Shown in pieces: positions 35,336-38,885 of a stretch of DNA of 38,885 bases. Source of the DNA: a virus (taxonomy: Duplodnaviria; Caudoviricetes); the IMG/VR virus record IMGVR_UViG_3300027756_001334, positions 1 to 38,885 of that record; one strand, 5' to 3'. The notes below the pieces were generated by a model. That model ran no database searches. It was not told the DNA's origin and saw only the letters and a list, made by a program, of their open reading frames with translations. How positions within the stretch are numbered: the first letter of the stretch is position 1; every line of letters begins with the position of its first letter. The position numbers and the translations under genes are program-made.

Positions 35336-35344
35336 TTGCTTTTC
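35299..35344 (+). repeat. 46-bp direct repeat, copy 2
   Basis: TTCCGGAAAAAAAAGTAAAAAAAAGATTGTAAGTTAGTTGCTTTTC. Confidence 0.9.
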
Positions 35345-35367
35345 AGTGACTAAGTTCGTATCTTTAA
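35334..35367 (+). promoter_or_regulatory. Class A promoter
   Basis: AGTTGC...TTCGTATCTTTAA, offset 19. Confidence 0.75.
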
Positions 35368-35409
35368 GTATAATAAGAAATCAATTAAACAATTTAAAAA
35401 ACAAAGGTT

Positions 35410-36246
35410 ATGATGCAATCATTTAACAAATCCCTCGACACATTTATGACGAAAGAAGACATCAACAAGGTATGTCCATTAGCTTTCGCTTCAGCTCCTA
35501 CTAATCCAAAGGTTAGTGAGAAGTATTTACACGTCAATACTGAGACTATTATTGACGACTTAGCTAAGTTGAACTGGTTTCCAGTTACAGCTTCTCAGAG
35601 AAAAGCTCGTAAAAAAGGAGCAGATTCTATCTTCTCTAAGCATATGATCTCTTTTCAGAATCCTGATATTATGATCAAAGGTGCTGACGGAGACGATGCT
35701 TTCCCTCGTATTATCATGACTAACTCTCATGATGGTTTTAATTCATTCCAGTTTGCAGTCGGTATCTTCCGACTAGTATGTTCTAATGGATTAGTTATTG
35801 CTGATGAGCAATTTGCTGACTTCCGTATCCGTCACGCAGGATATACTTTCGAAGAACTTCGCGGAGTAGTATCTAAAGCAGTTAACGACTTGCCTAATAA
35901 GGTAGAGGTTCTTAACAAGATGAAGCAACGCATCTTGACTGACGAAGAGAAGATGAAATTAGCATTAGATGCTATGACGCTTCGTTCTGGTAAGCTTGCA
36001 GAAGGTGCAGTAATCGGTTACGATGACGAGACTCTTCGTGATATGTTAACTCCTAAGCGTACTGCTGATCAAGGAGACGATCTTTGGAAAGTGTTTAACG
36101 TAATCCAAGAGAAAGTAACTCAAGGAGGCTTCAGCGCAGCTCTTCGTGGAGCTAAAGTTCGTAAGGTTCGTAAGATCAAATCTTTCGAGAAGGACTTGAA
36201 AGTAAATAAAGAGTTGTTCAAACTAGCAACAGCATTGCTTAACTAG
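35410..36246 (+). CDS. DUF932 family protein
   Basis: SEKY.HV.T, PRII.TNSHDG..SFQF..GIFRLVCSNG, DLW.VFN.IQE. Confidence 0.88.
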   Translation: MMQSFNKSLDTFMTKEDINKVCPLAFASAPTNPKVSEKYLHVNTETIIDDLAKLNWFPVTASQRKARKKGADSIFSKHMISFQNPDIMIKGADGDDAFPRIIMTNSHDGFNSFQFAVGIFRLVCSNGLVIADEQFADFRIRHAGYTFEELRGVVSKAVNDLPNKVEVLNKMKQRILTDEEKMKLALDAMTLRSGKLAEGAVIGYDDETLRDMLTPKRTADQGDDLWKVFNVIQEKVTQGGFSAALRGAKVRKVRKIKSFEKDLKVNKELFKLATALLN

Positions 36247-36261
36247 TTAGTAAATATAAAG

Positions 36262-36290
36262 GAGCCGGACTCACCTCCGGCTCTCTTTTA
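36262..36290 (+). terminator. Rho-independent terminator
   Basis: GAGCCGGA/TCCGGCTC stem followed by TCTTTT. Confidence 0.75.
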
Positions 36291-36300
36291 ACTTACCTTT

Positions 36301-36468
36301 ATGCACGAATTTTTACATATATTAGGACTATGCGGTGAAAAGCATTTAAGCTTCATCGCCTTATTTACAGACCCAACATTAACAATTGAATTATGGAAAA
36401 TGAGATACTATTTTGGAAGGATGGCGACTACACTGCAAGGGGTGGCTTCTTCGTTAGGAATAACTTAA
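36301..36468 (+). CDS. Possible small protein (55 aa, not in ORF track)
   Basis: MHEFLHILGLCGEKHLSFIALFTDPTLTIELWKMRYYFGRMATTLQGVASSLGIT*; overlaps the next ORF by 76 nt. Confidence 0.4.
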   Translation: MHEFLHILGLCGEKHLSFIALFTDPTLTIELWKMRYYFGRMATTLQGVASSLGIT

Positions 36469-36584
36469 AAGAATTTTTACAGACGTTAATCGACGCAGGT
36501 CATGAACCTGTAGGTATTAAGATCGATATGGATAGCTTAAATTTAGAAGTAATAGTAAAAGCTACCGAGGATGAAGATAATTAG
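36393..36584 (+). CDS. Hypothetical protein
   Basis: 63-aa ORF overlapping the next start. Confidence 0.65.
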   Translation: MENEILFWKDGDYTARGGFFVRNNLKEFLQTLIDAGHEPVGIKIDMDSLNLEVIVKATEDEDN

Positions 36585-37335
36585 AACCCTTTGGGGTGCT
36601 AGATATACAGAGGAAATAGAAAGAGCTACTCAGATTAGTCGAGAGTTTGGACTACTACCGGAAGATCAATTAGTATATTGCTGGGATCAAGACAACCTGG
36701 ACTTTGTTCAGAAATTAGGATACCAGACTCAGTATATGGGGGACAATACAATAGGCTGGGAGGGTTGGTTTATTAATAAACTGATTGCCTTCCGCCTATC
36801 CTCTTTAACAGGGCCTTTTCTTTACTTGGACTGGGACTGTATTCAACAAAGACCTCTTGATAGTAATTTTTGGAGAAGTTTAGAAAAAGGAGAAGCTATA
36901 CAAATGCCTTTGTATTACTTCCCGCAAAAAGCTATTCAAAAGTTCCAAACTATAACTCCGTTTATAGAAGAAGAAGGTTTAGAAAAGACTCATTACTTCA
37001 ACCTAATGATGTATCAGATACTAAGGTACGGTAAATGGGAATATGATGGTGGATTAGCTATACCAAATGCCGGTTTTGTATACAGTAGGCAACCTTCTTT
37101 TCCTCATGATCTCTTTAAGATATTCAAAGAGAGGACTATTACAACAAACATAGAAGAGCTTTGTGCTATGCTGTATTTTAACAGGTATATACACAGTGTA
37201 GATGAGTATATAGACAAAGTTGAACCTAAGGTGTGTATAGGTAAGAGCGACGGGGATATGTGGGCGTCTCAGTATCTACTAAATAACTATATTAATTCAA
37301 AAGCTAGTAAAGATATCTACTTTATTCATGAGTGA
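36571..37335 (+). CDS. Nucleotide-diphospho-sugar transferase-like protein (DxD)
   Basis: NKL......GPFLYLDWD, IPNAGFVY, EE; paralogous pattern to the next ORF. Confidence 0.55.
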   Translation: MKIIRTLWGARYTEEIERATQISREFGLLPEDQLVYCWDQDNLDFVQKLGYQTQYMGDNTIGWEGWFINKLIAFRLSSLTGPFLYLDWDCIQQRPLDSNFWRSLEKGEAIQMPLYYFPQKAIQKFQTITPFIEEEGLEKTHYFNLMMYQILRYGKWEYDGGLAIPNAGFVYSRQPSFPHDLFKIFKERTITTNIEELCAMLYFNRYIHSVDEYIDKVEPKVCIGKSDGDMWASQYLLNNYINSKASKDIYFIHE

Positions 37336-38290
37336 TTTTAAAATAATATACGTCAATTGGACTCAACCTTACTTTAATAAGAAGAAGTTTACAGGTATAA
37401 AAAGCTATCTAAAAGATACGCCGGAAGAAGCCCTTGAATATAAACTGGAAGAGTATGAAAAGCTTATGCAGATTTATAGCTTTACATCAGCTAAAAGGTA
37501 TACTAATGCTTTAATAAAAATGTATACAGATACAGCCGGGTACGAGTATTACCGTAAAGAAAATATGCTACAGTACTTTGATGAGATTGATGTAGACTTT
37601 CTTAATTCTGTTAATAAAGACACTCGTATAGATGCAGCTCAATTTTGGACTAGCGGTAAGATACTTTCTATATGCAACGAGAAACCTCCATTTTTATTTA
37701 TGGATACAGACTTCTTCTTACAGGAAGAAATACCAGAATGGGTTTTTAAAAAAGATGTAGTACACGCCCACTGGGAACTATTACGAGCATGGTTACACGT
37801 ACCGGTTAGTAAAGCTAAAGATCAATTCGGATTAGATATTCCAGAATTTGCAGATGCAATGTTAATTCCTAACACTTGCTTCCTATTTATGAATGATAAC
37901 GAAAAGGTAAGAAGTATTATAGAAAGGTATAGGGAATTACATTTAGAGATTGTAACTAAGAAATACGATTATGTACCAGACGAGTTATGGTTAATGACAG
38001 ACCAGAACATACTAGGCTACATACTAAGAGATAAGGATGCTGATGTCGGTCATGCAATTAATAAGATATATATTCAATTTGCAGACTCGGTTGGGTCTAC
38101 CGCTGTCGGTAATACACCTAGATGGACACATTTTGATAATATAAAAAGGAAGTACCCAGAAGTTAAATACCATCACGTATGGTTTGAAAAGATAGGAATG
38201 CACTCTGATCCGGAATATAAAAAGACTGTAATCGGTAACTGGACAAAAGGAATAGAAGAGAATATTAAAGTTATAAAAAGTAAATTATGA
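37328..38290 (+). CDS. Nucleotide-diphospho-sugar transferase-like protein (DUF6734-like)
   Basis: MYTD..G, FW..GKI......PFLFMDTD, IPNTCFLF, DQ. Confidence 0.6.
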   Translation: MSDFKIIYVNWTQPYFNKKKFTGIKSYLKDTPEEALEYKLEEYEKLMQIYSFTSAKRYTNALIKMYTDTAGYEYYRKENMLQYFDEIDVDFLNSVNKDTRIDAAQFWTSGKILSICNEKPPFLFMDTDFFLQEEIPEWVFKKDVVHAHWELLRAWLHVPVSKAKDQFGLDIPEFADAMLIPNTCFLFMNDNEKVRSIIERYRELHLEIVTKKYDYVPDELWLMTDQNILGYILRDKDADVGHAINKIYIQFADSVGSTAVGNTPRWTHFDNIKRKYPEVKYHHVWFEKIGMHSDPEYKKTVIGNWTKGIEENIKVIKSKL

Positions 38291-38730
38291 TATATTGGTT
38301 CACAGGACAGCCTGGAGCTGGAAAGACAACTCTAGCCGATTGGTTAGCTACACATTACCATACTAAAGCTATAAAAATAGATGGTGATGATATTAGAGAG
38401 ATTTTTGATAATAAAGACTACTCAGAAGCTGGAAGGAGAAAGAATATAGAGCTTGCTCAGAATATGGCTCACTTCCTCCACCATAAGGACTACAACGTTT
38501 TCGTATCGCTTGTATCACCTTATAAAGATCAAAGAGAAAGCTTTAAAGAGAAGCTAGGAAACGGTATAGTAGAACTCTACATACATGCCTTTGAAGATAG
38601 AGGACGTAATCAATTCCACGTAAGCAATTACCAACCACCTACAGAGAATTTTATAGATGTGGATACAACAAATGATAGTCCTTTTGAATCTTACCAGAAA
38701 ATTAGAGAGAAGTTGGATTCTAATAATTAA
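38287..38730 (+). CDS. cysC: Adenylylsulfate (APS) kinase
   Basis: IYWFTGQPGAGKTTLA, IDGDDIR, YS..GR..N, VSLVSPY...R, YQPP. Confidence 0.88.
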   Translation: MIYWFTGQPGAGKTTLADWLATHYHTKAIKIDGDDIREIFDNKDYSEAGRRKNIELAQNMAHFLHHKDYNVFVSLVSPYKDQRESFKEKLGNGIVELYIHAFEDRGRNQFHVSNYQPPTENFIDVDTTNDSPFESYQKIREKLDSNN

Positions 38731-38744
38731 AATCGTATCTTAAA
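38711..38744 (+). promoter_or_regulatory. Class A promoter
   Basis: AGTTGG...ATCGTATCTTAA, offset 19. Confidence 0.65.
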
Positions 38745-38746
38745 GT

Positions 38747-38885
38747 ATGAGCAATAAATACTTAGCTACTGCAGCATTTCAATCTTCCTCAAATGTAGTG
38801 AAGTATTCTATGTTTATAGGTAGGTGGCAACCTTGGCATGCTGGGCATCGCTGGTTGATAGATCAGAGATTAAATGAGGGTAAGA
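38747..38885 (+). CDS. HIGH-motif nucleotidyltransferase (3'-truncated by window)
   Basis: Manual translation MSNKYLATAAFQSSSNVVKYSMFIGRWQPWHAGHRWLIDQRLNEGK. Confidence 0.8.
   Translation, partial: MSNKYLATAAFQSSSNVVKYSMFIGRWQPWHAGHRWLIDQRLNEGK

Noticed and set aside
1-38885. Bacterial chromosome origin, or stop-codon reassignment
   Set aside because: Single-strand dense layout, lysis cassette, PolA without 5' nuclease and phage-style promoters indicate a phage. Conserved genes are full length in code 11, with TAA, TAG and TGA all used as stops.

Overview
All credible genes lie on the + strand, and the window reads as a segment of a large lytic dsDNA phage. The host is probably a Bacteroidota/Flavobacteriales bacterium, based on Bacteroidota-style promoter geometry, SD-less A-rich start regions, a Bacteroidota-type bS21 and Q-rule signal peptides. 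Main modules: (1) a 7-deazaguanine DNA-modification region with queD, queE, folE, queF, a DpdA/TGT-like protein and a PurN-like formyltransferase (DpdN-like), plus a purine PRTase, a MazG-like NTP pyrophosphatase, a nucleotide kinase and a divergent family A DNA polymerase; (2) GroES/GroEL; (3) a lysis cassette with holin, GH19 endolysin and an overlapping spanin-like pair; (4) an approximately 11 kb glycosylation locus with a NeuB/HAD/NeuA nonulosonic-acid pathway and many glycosyltransferases; (5) bS21, TraR/DksA-like finger, HNH, GH73 and DUF932 genes, and an APS kinase next to a HIGH-motif nucleotidyltransferase. The best non-coding find is an identical 27-nt element at 443-469 and 4591-4617, just ahead of the queD/queE unit and of folE. 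It folds like a miniaturised class I preQ1 riboswitch, which suggests ligand-sensing feedback control of a phage DNA-hypermodification pathway. Two promoter classes are also visible: about 15 copies of TTG-N16-TTCGTAnnTTWA and about 7 copies of TATTTATA. All family calls come from motif recognition by eye; no searches were run.
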